A stretch of 39,991 bases of DNA from Promethearchaeota archaeon (GTDB lineage Archaea; Asgardarchaeota; Lokiarchaeia; Sigyniarchaeales; SOKP01), in NCBI GenBank assembly GCA_048938895.1, contig JBHLLU010000037.1, forward strand, positions 1 to 39,991. Direction: 5' to 3'. The notes below the pieces were generated by a model that saw only the letters and a program-made list of their open reading frames with translations, made no database searches and was not told where the DNA came from. A program made the translations under genes and the position numbers. Below, piece by piece: positions 1-8,889 of the stretch; positions within the stretch are counted from its first letter, which is position 1, and each line of letters opens with the position of its first letter.

Positions 1-177
1 TGCTTAAATTAGGGAATTTAAATGTTTACATTTATAAAGAGAGCCGAATCTAAAGTTAAATTATTAACAGAAGTGCAAAAGATTTTGGGCTATAAAAATA
101 TATAGTAAATAATAATTTAAAATAATGGAAGAAACAAATTCTATATAGATATGTTCTGTGAATAATTTTTTAGCAAT

Positions 178-3099
178 ATGAAAGATTCAGAAGATTTAAA
201 CAAACAAGATAAATCAAGGGATGTTGAATCAAGTAAGGAACTTAATTTTAAATTCGCTCAAATGATGAGCGAAAGAATGAATAAAATTGAACAAAATCAA
301 CGAAAAAGAAGAGAAGAAGAAAGAGAGAGGACCAGAAGATCTGAAGAACTCAGAAAAGTACTTGTAGAAAAACAGGAAAAACAATCTCCGCCATCTTCTA
401 AAGTATCTAAAAGTATTTTACCTTCCCCCACTTTAGAAAGATTAAAACCCTCAAGATTGAAACAAGAGCTAACTCCTCTAATTTTAATTGCTGCTATTAC
501 TTTATCATCATTTATCTATTTGACTTATCAAGAGAGCCAGGGGGGTTTGGTATATTCTGCAGAAGTGCCCACAATTAATATTGATGTTTCTCATGAAATC
601 ACAAACTATTCTCAACAATGTTTTCTAAAGTTTTCTCCTATTTCTCATGAATATGTAAATTCACCATGGGCAAATCATTATTTGGGTGCAAAAATAAGGA
701 GAAGAAATTCTGACGGTGGATTCTCTTTTGAATTATATCAAAACGAGAACTTATTTCAGATCCGTGAAGATGACGACTGGCTTCTATTACCATCTGGAAA
801 TAATTTAGATGCTCTTAGAACAAAATTGGCTTTTGATATCTATAATATGATGCTAGATGATAATTCACATATTAGATTACCCCATACTAAGTTAGTAGAA
901 GTTTTCATTAACGGGGGATACCAGGGACTATATCTACTATCTGAACGAATAGACAGAAAAATGATGAACTTAGAAGTACAAGAGAATCTTGGTACTCCTG
1001 AAGATAATGATATGATTTTTAAAGCTACAAATTGGGCTGGGGATTTCTATACGATTCCAGATAATCTTAATACACCTTGGGAACAAATCTACCCCAACAG
1101 TGTAGATTGTTCTGATATAATAAAAACTATAACAGGATTTATTCAAAATTCATCTGAAACTGAATTTTTTGACGAACAGAGTGGTATATATACAATTTTT
1201 GACAAGGAATCATTAATAGATAATCTTTTATTTGGTTTATTGACCGGACATGAAATTGGGGAGGGTTTTTCATATTACTTAATCTTAAATCATTATTTGG
1301 GGGCAAAATTCAGTATGATACCTTGGAATTTTGCTCAAAGCTGGGGTTTTAGCAAGCATGGTCGTATCCCTATTGAACTTTGGTTAAGTAGTAGTAATTC
1401 TTTGATTCATTCAGTTGTATGGAGTAATTTATACCACCGCTTACTTTTTCCGGATAATATTTCAATAAATATTCCATTTCTCTCAGATTTAATTAACCGG
1501 TGGGATTATCTTTATGATAACATATGGGATTCAAATGAAGTTATAAATCACCTTCAAGACATTTACTTACCAATTCAAAAGTCTCTAATTAAAGCCACTA
1601 AAAATTTAGAATGGACTAAATTTATACTTAATACCATTGAAAAATGGATTAGGAAAAGAGCAGACTTAATCGATTATATCTTCAATACTCAACTTACTAA
1701 TAGTTTTGTTGATAATTTTAAACCTCCTTATAGAGAAGATACAGAAATATTTGGCTTTGCTACATCTACCGCAAAACGGCAGTACTATAAATCGACAGAA
1801 CTCTTTTCTACTCAAATAGTTCATGAAATTACTATTACTATTCGGTTAGATTATTTCAACGATATATTAAATCGAAAGCTAGATAATGATCGTTATACGG
1901 AACGGATGTACATGCCCTGCGAAATGAGTTTCGATGACTACTCAATGGATAATGTGGGATTTCGAATTCGGGGAAATTATAATAATTTGTACCCCAAAAA
2001 TTCTTTCAAGTTAAAATTTTCTGAACCAGATTTGTTTGTCGGGAGTACAAATTACAAACATTTTCCAGATAATGAAGACCGACGGTTTTTGGGAGTAAAA
2101 AGATTAAATTTAAGGGCGGCTCCAATCGATTTTTCACTCATGAATGAGTATTCTGGTTATGAGCTTTATAATGTTCTTGGTTATCCTTGTCCAAGGCTGA
2201 GTTGGACAAAGCTTAATTTAATTTTAACTGATGAGAACAATAATATTATTAAACCTAAAGAATACATAGGGTTATATTTACTCACAGAAGATATAGACAA
2301 AACATTTTTACGTTTTAATTTTAAAGACCCAGATGGGAACTTATACAAAACTACAGATATTTTGGGGAATCTTGATTATGTTCCCGATGTAAAAACTTAT
2401 GTGAATCCCTGGGATGGTAGACAGATATATGAATTGAGAACTAATGAAGATCGAGATGATTACTCTGATTTGCAAAAATTTGTAAATTATATTAACTTTA
2501 ATTGGAGCAATATTCAGCAAGTTACTAATTTTTCCCTTCTTGCTAAATATTTCACAGCAAGTAATTTTCAAGGTAATTGGGATGATTATGTGTTTCTTCC
2601 TCATAATTTTTTCTTATATTCTCACCCAAAATTTGGTTTTATTTTCATTCCGTGGGATATCGAGCAAAATTTTAACATAGGGACTAATTTTTCAATAATT
2701 GGGTTTGAATCTCCTTATTCTCCAGACTTTCGGTTTGCACCATTACTTACAGGTTATAAAGGATATTTTGATTGGATAAGTATACATTTTGGGATTGATC
2801 CAGATAATAGACCCCTTTGGGATAATTTAATAACTGAACCAGATTTTGTAAACTCTTATTATAGTTCACATCAAAAGATTATAGACAATATGACATCGAT
2901 CATTAATAAGGTGGATGATGGATTTTATTTAATCGGTCATGATGTTCTTCAACCATATACATTTACAGATCCGGTTGTAAATCCTGCTGCATCTTGGTTA
3001 CCAAACGAAATTCCGTTAGCTTGGTACCTTTATGATCAAGCTCGTATATATAATTTTTTAAGTGGAAGAACCGCATATGTAATTAGTCAATTACCTTAA
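178..3099 (+). CDS. Membrane-anchored protein with two tandem CotH kinase domains
   Basis: Charged N-terminal coil, then one TM helix (LILIAAITLSSFIYL). Domain 2 has CotH motifs RGN, KNSFKLKF, YIGLYLLTEDID, NWDD, HNFFLY and PWDIEQNF. Domain 1 has YQGLYLLSERID and PWN (degenerate). Confidence 0.85.
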   Translation: MKDSEDLNKQDKSRDVESSKELNFKFAQMMSERMNKIEQNQRKRREEERERTRRSEELRKVLVEKQEKQSPPSSKVSKSILPSPTLERLKPSRLKQELTPLILIAAITLSSFIYLTYQESQGGLVYSAEVPTINIDVSHEITNYSQQCFLKFSPISHEYVNSPWANHYLGAKIRRRNSDGGFSFELYQNENLFQIREDDDWLLLPSGNNLDALRTKLAFDIYNMMLDDNSHIRLPHTKLVEVFINGGYQGLYLLSERIDRKMMNLEVQENLGTPEDNDMIFKATNWAGDFYTIPDNLNTPWEQIYPNSVDCSDIIKTITGFIQNSSETEFFDEQSGIYTIFDKESLIDNLLFGLLTGHEIGEGFSYYLILNHYLGAKFSMIPWNFAQSWGFSKHGRIPIELWLSSSNSLIHSVVWSNLYHRLLFPDNISINIPFLSDLINRWDYLYDNIWDSNEVINHLQDIYLPIQKSLIKATKNLEWTKFILNTIEKWIRKRADLIDYIFNTQLTNSFVDNFKPPYREDTEIFGFATSTAKRQYYKSTELFSTQIVHEITITIRLDYFNDILNRKLDNDRYTERMYMPCEMSFDDYSMDNVGFRIRGNYNNLYPKNSFKLKFSEPDLFVGSTNYKHFPDNEDRRFLGVKRLNLRAAPIDFSLMNEYSGYELYNVLGYPCPRLSWTKLNLILTDENNNIIKPKEYIGLYLLTEDIDKTFLRFNFKDPDGNLYKTTDILGNLDYVPDVKTYVNPWDGRQIYELRTNEDRDDYSDLQKFVNYINFNWSNIQQVTNFSLLAKYFTASNFQGNWDDYVFLPHNFFLYSHPKFGFIFIPWDIEQNFNIGTNFSIIGFESPYSPDFRFAPLLTGYKGYFDWISIHFGIDPDNRPLWDNLITEPDFVNSYYSSHQKIIDNMTSIINKVDDGFYLIGHDVLQPYTFTDPVVNPAASWLPNEIPLAWYLYDQARIYNFLSGRTAYVISQLP

Positions 3100-3112
3100 A
3101 GTCAAGAATATT

Positions 3113-3122
3113 AAGGAGGTGA
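3113..3122 (+). promoter_or_regulatory. Shine-Dalgarno site AAGGAGGTGA of the VTC-domain gene
   Basis: Consensus archaeal SD ending 6 nt before the ATG at 3129. Confidence 0.8.
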
Positions 3123-3128
3123 AAATCG

Positions 3129-3875
3129 ATGCAACTATTTCAAAAATACTTTAACCGGTTTGAGATTAAATATCAAATTTCTTTACGAGAGCGAGACAGA
3201 ATTCTTAACCTTATTGAACCGTTTATGAAATTAGATCCTCATGTTATTAATAATTATGATTATGAAGTTAGAAGTTTATATTTTGATTCAAATTTTCAAC
3301 ATTCATTTCTAGAAAAAATTAATGGAATTGCGATAAGGAAGAAATTAAGAATTAGGTACTATCCTGATTTCGTAGATGATAATGATAAAATTGCATTTAT
3401 TGAGATTAAGAAGAAAATTAATGAAAACGTTGCAAAAAGTCGAATTCCTGTTCTACTTACTGATTCTGTAAAGATTTTAAATGAAAATAGTAAAGAGTCA
3501 GTATTGTTTTATGATAATGCATCTTCTCAAGATAGGGAAATATTGAAAGAAATTTGGTGGTTAAACAAACGTTTTAATTTAAAACCTGCTTGTATTGTAT
3601 CTTATAAAAGACGTCCTTTTCTATCAAAATTAGAAAAAACATTTAGAATTACTTTTGATACAAATATAATGGTAAGGAATTTTAATTTTGATCTAAATTT
3701 TGGAGGAGGATCAAGATGTATAATTCCTCGAAGAATTTGCATCATGGAAGTAAAATTTAATAATTATATCCCAAAATGGGCTATAAAAATTCTTCAAAAT
3801 AACAATTGTTTACAATACAAAATATCCAAATTTGCTAATGGTTTAGAAAAAACTCGAACATATGCTTTAGTTTGA
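3129..3875 (+). CDS. VTC-domain (polyphosphate polymerase-like, CYTH/TTM fold) protein
   Basis: Motifs RFEIKY, VRSLYFD, RKKLRIRYY, FIEIKKK, YKR, RITFD, MEVKF and KISKF are typical of the VTC domain. Confidence 0.9.
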   Translation: MQLFQKYFNRFEIKYQISLRERDRILNLIEPFMKLDPHVINNYDYEVRSLYFDSNFQHSFLEKINGIAIRKKLRIRYYPDFVDDNDKIAFIEIKKKINENVAKSRIPVLLTDSVKILNENSKESVLFYDNASSQDREILKEIWWLNKRFNLKPACIVSYKRRPFLSKLEKTFRITFDTNIMVRNFNFDLNFGGGSRCIIPRRICIMEVKFNNYIPKWAIKILQNNNCLQYKISKFANGLEKTRTYALV

Positions 3876-3916
3876 AATTGGATAAACTTATATTAAAAAT
3901 AAAAATTGATAGGATT

Positions 3917-4678
3917 ATGTGGATTGATGATTTTTTTAGAAAATTTATTGAAGATTCATTCTTTACATTAGGCTCTAATATTGATCCTATTGTTTTGGCA
4001 GATGTTATAATTGTTTTCTTCTGGAGTATTGTCTTATCGATTATAATTGGAATTACATACAGAGGAACTCATAGAAGTATCTCTTATTCGCAAAATTTTA
4101 CTCAAACCTTAGTGTTATTAGGGATGATTGTCGGGATGATTATGATAATCATTGGGACTGATCTAGCAAGGGCTTTTACATTGGTAGGCGCTCTCTCCGT
4201 GGTGAGATTCAGAAATGCTCTTAAAGAAACTAGAGATGTTGGTTTTATTTTCTTTGTAATGGCAGTAGGTATGGCTTGTGGCACGCGATTTTATATAGTG
4301 GGGATACTACTTACGGTTGTTGGATGTGGTCTAATGTATTTTATGACGTATACTAAATTCGGGCAAAAGGGATTAGCTCAAGATATCTTAGAACTTGATT
4401 TCCCTGTTTCAAAAGATTATGTCACGGTTCTAAGCCCTATCTTTATGAAGTACTTAAAGTATTATACAATGTTAGGAATTGATTCAATAAATGAGGAGAC
4501 CAACCGCATAAGTTTTATAGTTACATTTAAACAAAAAACGAAACTATTATCTGTGAAAAAAGGAGGAGAATTTGCAAGAGAATCTGGATCAAAAGTTGAC
4601 CTATTATCGGAAGTACAAAAGATCCCTTACATCTCAAATGTCAAGGTTATTGAAGGTAGTAACTCTGTTGAAATCTAA
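3917..4678 (+). CDS. DUF4956 family membrane protein
   Basis: TM helices with LARAFTLVGALSVVRFRNALKETRD and MAVGMACG, plus a soluble C-terminal domain. It is the usual partner of VTC/CotH genes. The start is ATG 3917 or TTG 3872 overlapping the upstream stop. Confidence 0.88.
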   Translation: MWIDDFFRKFIEDSFFTLGSNIDPIVLADVIIVFFWSIVLSIIIGITYRGTHRSISYSQNFTQTLVLLGMIVGMIMIIIGTDLARAFTLVGALSVVRFRNALKETRDVGFIFFVMAVGMACGTRFYIVGILLTVVGCGLMYFMTYTKFGQKGLAQDILELDFPVSKDYVTVLSPIFMKYLKYYTMLGIDSINEETNRISFIVTFKQKTKLLSVKKGGEFARESGSKVDLLSEVQKIPYISNVKVIEGSNSVEI

Positions 4679-4685
4679 AATTTCA

Positions 4686-5093
4686 TTACTTATTTTTCTG
4701 TTCTCTATAAACCCTAATTGCTTCTTTTAACCCGTCTGCTACCATTAAGCTACAATGGATTTTAGGTTCAGGTAAACCGCCTAAAGCTTCCACAATTTCC
4801 ATTTTAGTAATTTTTTCGGCTTCTTCAATAGGTTTACCCTTAGCCATTTCAGTAAGCATGCTAGAAGAAGCTATAGCTGCGGCGCAACCGAAAGTCTCGT
4901 ATGAAATGTCCTTTAAAATTTTTTGATCACCTTCTTCCTTTACTTTAATGAAAACATGTATATAATCACCACATTCTATGGAACCTGCTTTTCCAACAGC
5001 ATCAGCATCCTTCATTTCTCCTTGATTTCTAGGATTCTTGAAGTGATCAAGAACTATATCAGAATAAACCTTTATGCACCTCAAAATATACAA
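4686..5093 (-). CDS. iscU: IscU/NifU-type Fe-S cluster scaffold protein (copy 2)
   Basis: YSDIVLDHFKNPRN, CGD, FGCAAAIAS and KIHCS give three conserved Cys. The true start may be at 5069 (see findings). Confidence 0.93.
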   Translation of the reverse strand: MYILRCIKVYSDIVLDHFKNPRNQGEMKDADAVGKAGSIECGDYIHVFIKVKEEGDQKILKDISYETFGCAAAIASSSMLTEMAKGKPIEEAEKITKMEIVEALGGLPEPKIHCSLMVADGLKEAIRVYREQKNK

Positions 5094-5180
5094 TTAATTG
5101 ACTATTTTTTAAATGATAAGAATTAATTTATATTTATTGTTTGAAGAACCAAAAAAAATAACTGGAAATGTTGTGGAATT

Positions 5181-5573
5181 TTAAGCCTTGTTCGAATTTT
5201 TCTTTTCTCGATACTTAGTTATAGCTTCATGTAAGCCATCAGCGGCTAAATTACTACAATGCATCTTTATTGGTGGTAATCCATCAAGAGAATCAGCAAC
5301 ATCACTTCTTGTTATCTTCATTGCATCATCCAGGGATTTTCCCTTAGCCATCTCTGTTACCATAGAAGAGGTAGCTATTGCTGCAGCACATCCAAATGTT
5401 TGAAATGATATATCATCGATAATCTCTTCTCCATTGTCTTCTTTGACTTTAATATAAATTGTCATAAGGTCACCACATTGTGGATTACCGACTTCCCCGA
5501 ATGAGTCAGCATCTTTCATTTCTCCCATATTTCTAGGATTTTTAAAGTGCTCCATTACCTTTTCAGAATAAAT
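5181..5573 (-). CDS. iscU: IscU/NifU-type Fe-S cluster scaffold protein (copy 1)
   Basis: YSEKVMEHFKNPRN, GNPQCGD, FGCAAAIAT and KMHCSNLA. The first ATG is at 5555, but family homology extends to ATT 5573. Confidence 0.95.
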   Translation of the reverse strand: MYSEKVMEHFKNPRNMGEMKDADSFGEVGNPQCGDLMTIYIKVKEDNGEEIIDDISFQTFGCAAAIATSSMVTEMAKGKSLDDAMKITRSDVADSLDGLPPIKMHCSNLAADGLHEAITKYREKKNSNKA

Positions 5574-5671
5574 TTCAACTCACCTAACTTATCTTTACTC
5601 TATAATGATTAAGAAAAGATTGACTTAAAATTTTATGTTTTATATGTTATAAAGAGCAATACCCTCACTAA

Positions 5672-7984
5672 CTAATTCAAGATCGTGAGTATTCTCTTTT
5701 TTGGTAAAGATACTTTCTCAACACCTAATTCTTTTACATACTCCACGATTTCCGTTAACTTTTTAGGAGATTGATGAAAGAAACATACTTCTTTTGGTTC
5801 AAGAATTTTAATCATTTCTCTCAATTGGTTCTTGTCTGCGTGAAGTTTAATTTTAATGTGGGGAGCAAAAGTGTTTAATAGAAATGCTCTGAAGGGCATT
5901 TTCCATGTTTCAGAAAACTCTATTTCTTCAGCACCTTCAATTAAGCTATATCCCGGTTCTTCATGGATAGAACCAGCAAGAAACACAAAGTTATGTGGAT
6001 TGCGTCCTACACTATTTATTATATTTCTAATTAAACCGTATGAAAGATCTGGTGGATGAGAAATAATAATATTGTTTTTCTTACGCAGGAAATCTAAACT
6101 ATCTTGATCAAACCATCGGAATTTTATACTATTAAATGGATTTGCTTTATCTTTAATGAGTCGGGAAATTGGACCATAAATATATTCATATCGATGATTT
6201 ATTACTTGAATATTCTTCCGTACCATCATATCCACGTATATATTTGGTCGTTTCTTGTAATCACGCTTAATCTGGAGTTTTCTAAAATATCTCCAGAATG
6301 TTAACATGAATGAAATAGCCAAACTAGAGGGATCGGCACCTATTAACGAATTATCCCCATATTCAGCTTTTTGCTCCAAAAATAAAATTAAACTATGGAA
6401 TTGATCAGAAACATTACCAAAATCTTCTTGGGCACTGGTGCCATCTATTAATAAATAATCAATCGGACGAGAAATTTGTTCTAAGAATCTTCGTGTTCCT
6501 GCGAAAGGTGTTATGTCATGATATGTATAATCCCCGGTATAAAGTAATCTAAAATCATTAACTTTTGCAAGCATCATCAGAGCACCAGGCATATGCCCTG
6601 CATGAAAAAAAGATAAAAAACAATTTTTTTCTTTAAATTCTATTTTATCACCATTTTCAATATATACAACATTTCTTACTATATTTTTATATTCCTCTTG
6701 TTCAATATCATCATAATTCTCTTGTTTTAAGAAATTGGAATCTCTAAGGAGAAATAGATCTAAAGTTATTCTTGAACTTAAAACGGGTACATCAGGATAC
6801 AATTTAATTAATTCTTTAAGACCAGAAACGTGATCATAGTGACTATGAGAAATAAAGATCGCGTCTATTTTTGGATTAGTTGGTATGTTTTCAGTATTAA
6901 TTTCACCGATTTCATTTCCTTCAATTTCTTTCCTCATTTTTTCTTGCTCTAAAACAGAATCAGGCAAATTTTTAAGGTAATCTTCGATGTGTCGAAAATC
7001 TCCTTCAATTTCATTTTCTTCGTCTTTTTCTGAAAGACCACAATCTAGTAATATATTTAAGTTCCCTAAACCCAGAATATGACAGTTATGATTTGGTTTT
7101 AGAACTATAGGATATATGGTTACTCTTATATCGTTAGGATCGCTTGATTCTTCAACAAGAGAAATGTTAGTAAAGTCTTCAGGTTTAAATCTCTTCTCGA
7201 TGTTATCGATTGCTAAACATAATTCACTTTTTCCAACCGGTACACCTGTGATGTAAAAATACCACCCGTATTTATTAACTAAGTTTTCCAAGTTTTCATA
7301 CATCTCATCTCCGATAAGAGATTTAATAACTATGACTTTCTCCTTTTGATAATAGATAATCTTTTTAATTCCTTTTTTCTCCTCAATTGGAACTAACTTA
7401 TTTTTAAGAAATAAATCATCAAGAACATCTTTTATTGCCATTTGAGGGATTTGTTTAGATTTGATCAATTTTAAGTAATGATTATATTCTTTAGTCTTAT
7501 ATAATGGCCTCATATGTTCTTTTTGTTTTAGAGGTATTGGTGATTGATCGAAAAGATATTTATCCCTCCTAATTGTTTTTTCTATTTTTTGTTCAACTTT
7601 CTTCTTGGGTTTCTTCTTTTTAGGTTGTTTGGTTTCCTGTTCTGTTTTTGCAATGAAAAAAAACCAACCATAATCTCTAACCAATTTATCTCGATTCAAT
7701 AAGACTTCTTTCCCAGAGTGAGTGAGTAAAACAATAATTCTTACTTTTTCAGCATAAATTAATTTTGAAATAGAGTTTTTGGTTTTGTGGGAAATGTAAT
7801 TATTATTATTAAAAAAATGATCAATTACTTCATCTATTTTTTTTTGAGGAATTTTATTTTCTTCAATAAATTTTAGCTTATTCTTATAGGCATTGATTTT
7901 GTATGAAGAACTAAAATCTTCTCTACATTCGATTTGAATTTTTTTCTTAGAAAATTCAAATTCCTCAAAGGTCATTAAATTCAT
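5672..7984 (-). CDS. Metallo-beta-lactamase / beta-CASP family nuclease (CPSF73/aCPSF-like) with N-terminal repeated domain
   Basis: Motifs LLDCG, SHSHYDH, AGHMPGA, YTGD, HAD and FH are present. The ~290-aa N-terminal extension holds two repeats. Confidence 0.85.
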   Translation of the reverse strand: MNLMTFEEFEFSKKKIQIECREDFSSSYKINAYKNKLKFIEENKIPQKKIDEVIDHFFNNNNYISHKTKNSISKLIYAEKVRIIVLLTHSGKEVLLNRDKLVRDYGWFFFIAKTEQETKQPKKKKPKKKVEQKIEKTIRRDKYLFDQSPIPLKQKEHMRPLYKTKEYNHYLKLIKSKQIPQMAIKDVLDDLFLKNKLVPIEEKKGIKKIIYYQKEKVIVIKSLIGDEMYENLENLVNKYGWYFYITGVPVGKSELCLAIDNIEKRFKPEDFTNISLVEESSDPNDIRVTIYPIVLKPNHNCHILGLGNLNILLDCGLSEKDEENEIEGDFRHIEDYLKNLPDSVLEQEKMRKEIEGNEIGEINTENIPTNPKIDAIFISHSHYDHVSGLKELIKLYPDVPVLSSRITLDLFLLRDSNFLKQENYDDIEQEEYKNIVRNVVYIENGDKIEFKEKNCFLSFFHAGHMPGALMMLAKVNDFRLLYTGDYTYHDITPFAGTRRFLEQISRPIDYLLIDGTSAQEDFGNVSDQFHSLILFLEQKAEYGDNSLIGADPSSLAISFMLTFWRYFRKLQIKRDYKKRPNIYVDMMVRKNIQVINHRYEYIYGPISRLIKDKANPFNSIKFRWFDQDSLDFLRKKNNIIISHPPDLSYGLIRNIINSVGRNPHNFVFLAGSIHEEPGYSLIEGAEEIEFSETWKMPFRAFLLNTFAPHIKIKLHADKNQLREMIKILEPKEVCFFHQSPKKLTEIVEYVKELGVEKVSLPKKRILTILN

Positions 7985-8174
7985 GAATTCTTCTTTAAAA
8001 AAAATCCTTATGAAATTAGAGTAATTTTAAATTATGTATTAAAATTAATTTTAATTTAAAAAATATCCATTTCTGAGCAAAAAGGATAAAACCTTATTTA
8101 AAAAAAGAATCTCATTAATTTTTCAAGGATAATTTACAGAGAATATCCATATTTAAGGGAGAATTTTCTTAGTT

Positions 8175-8312
8175 CTAGTCGACATCTTCATCATATTCTT
8201 CCCAATCCTCGTCATCATCATCCCAGTCATCATCTTCGTCATAATCTTCGTCTTCATCCCAATCTTCATCATCGTCTGAAGATTTCTTTCCTTTATTTGA
8301 TTTTGGTTTCAT
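8175..8312 (-). CDS. Small highly acidic Trp/Tyr-containing protein (45 aa), not in ORF track
   Basis: Hand translation: MKPKSNKGKKSSDDDEDWDEDEDYDEDDDWDDDDEDWEEYDEDVD*. It runs ATG to TAG with mixed synonymous codons, in an otherwise AT-rich spacer. Confidence 0.75.
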   Translation of the reverse strand: MKPKSNKGKKSSDDDEDWDEDEDYDEDDDWDDDDEDWEEYDEDVD

Positions 8313-8889
8313 TTTTCTGTTATTTATTTTAATGTTATTTAAAATAGAATTTAATTAACATATATTTTCAGTTACCATAAAAAACTTATTATGTATTTAA
8401 ATTTTACTAGAATGACTAATATCTATTATATTCAAGAATTTTAATAATCTTAAAGTAAAGATTAATCAATATTTAAAAAATACCTCATTTGTTATATAAA
8501 GAAAAAATATCAATCCTAATATTATAGAGATGTGCTTAATTTAGTAAAATGCAGCTGAGCTTATACCTTTTTAATTAAAAAAGTTAATTAACAAAATAAA
8601 GAACAATTCATATCTATAGCATTTAAGTTAGATATAGTTTATATATATATGTTCATACGATATAGCATTGAATGCGAAATTAACATCTTTATCAAAGTTC
8701 ACTTTAATTGAACAAGTTAGTTTAAAAAAGTTTATAAACAAATGACTTTATAATAAACATCAGATAAATAATTTCATGTTAACGAATAAAAGTAAAAAAA
8801 CATCGTACAATACCATATTAGTTATAAAAATTAAAGGAAATTAATCAATTTATTATAAGCTTATAAGATATATTTTTATCAATATCAAT

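Noticed and set aside
8175-8280. TCA/TCG-like triplet repeats as microsatellite or CRISPR
   Set aside because: The repeats are imperfect and explained by Asp/Glu codons of the microprotein. There is no repeat-spacer pattern.
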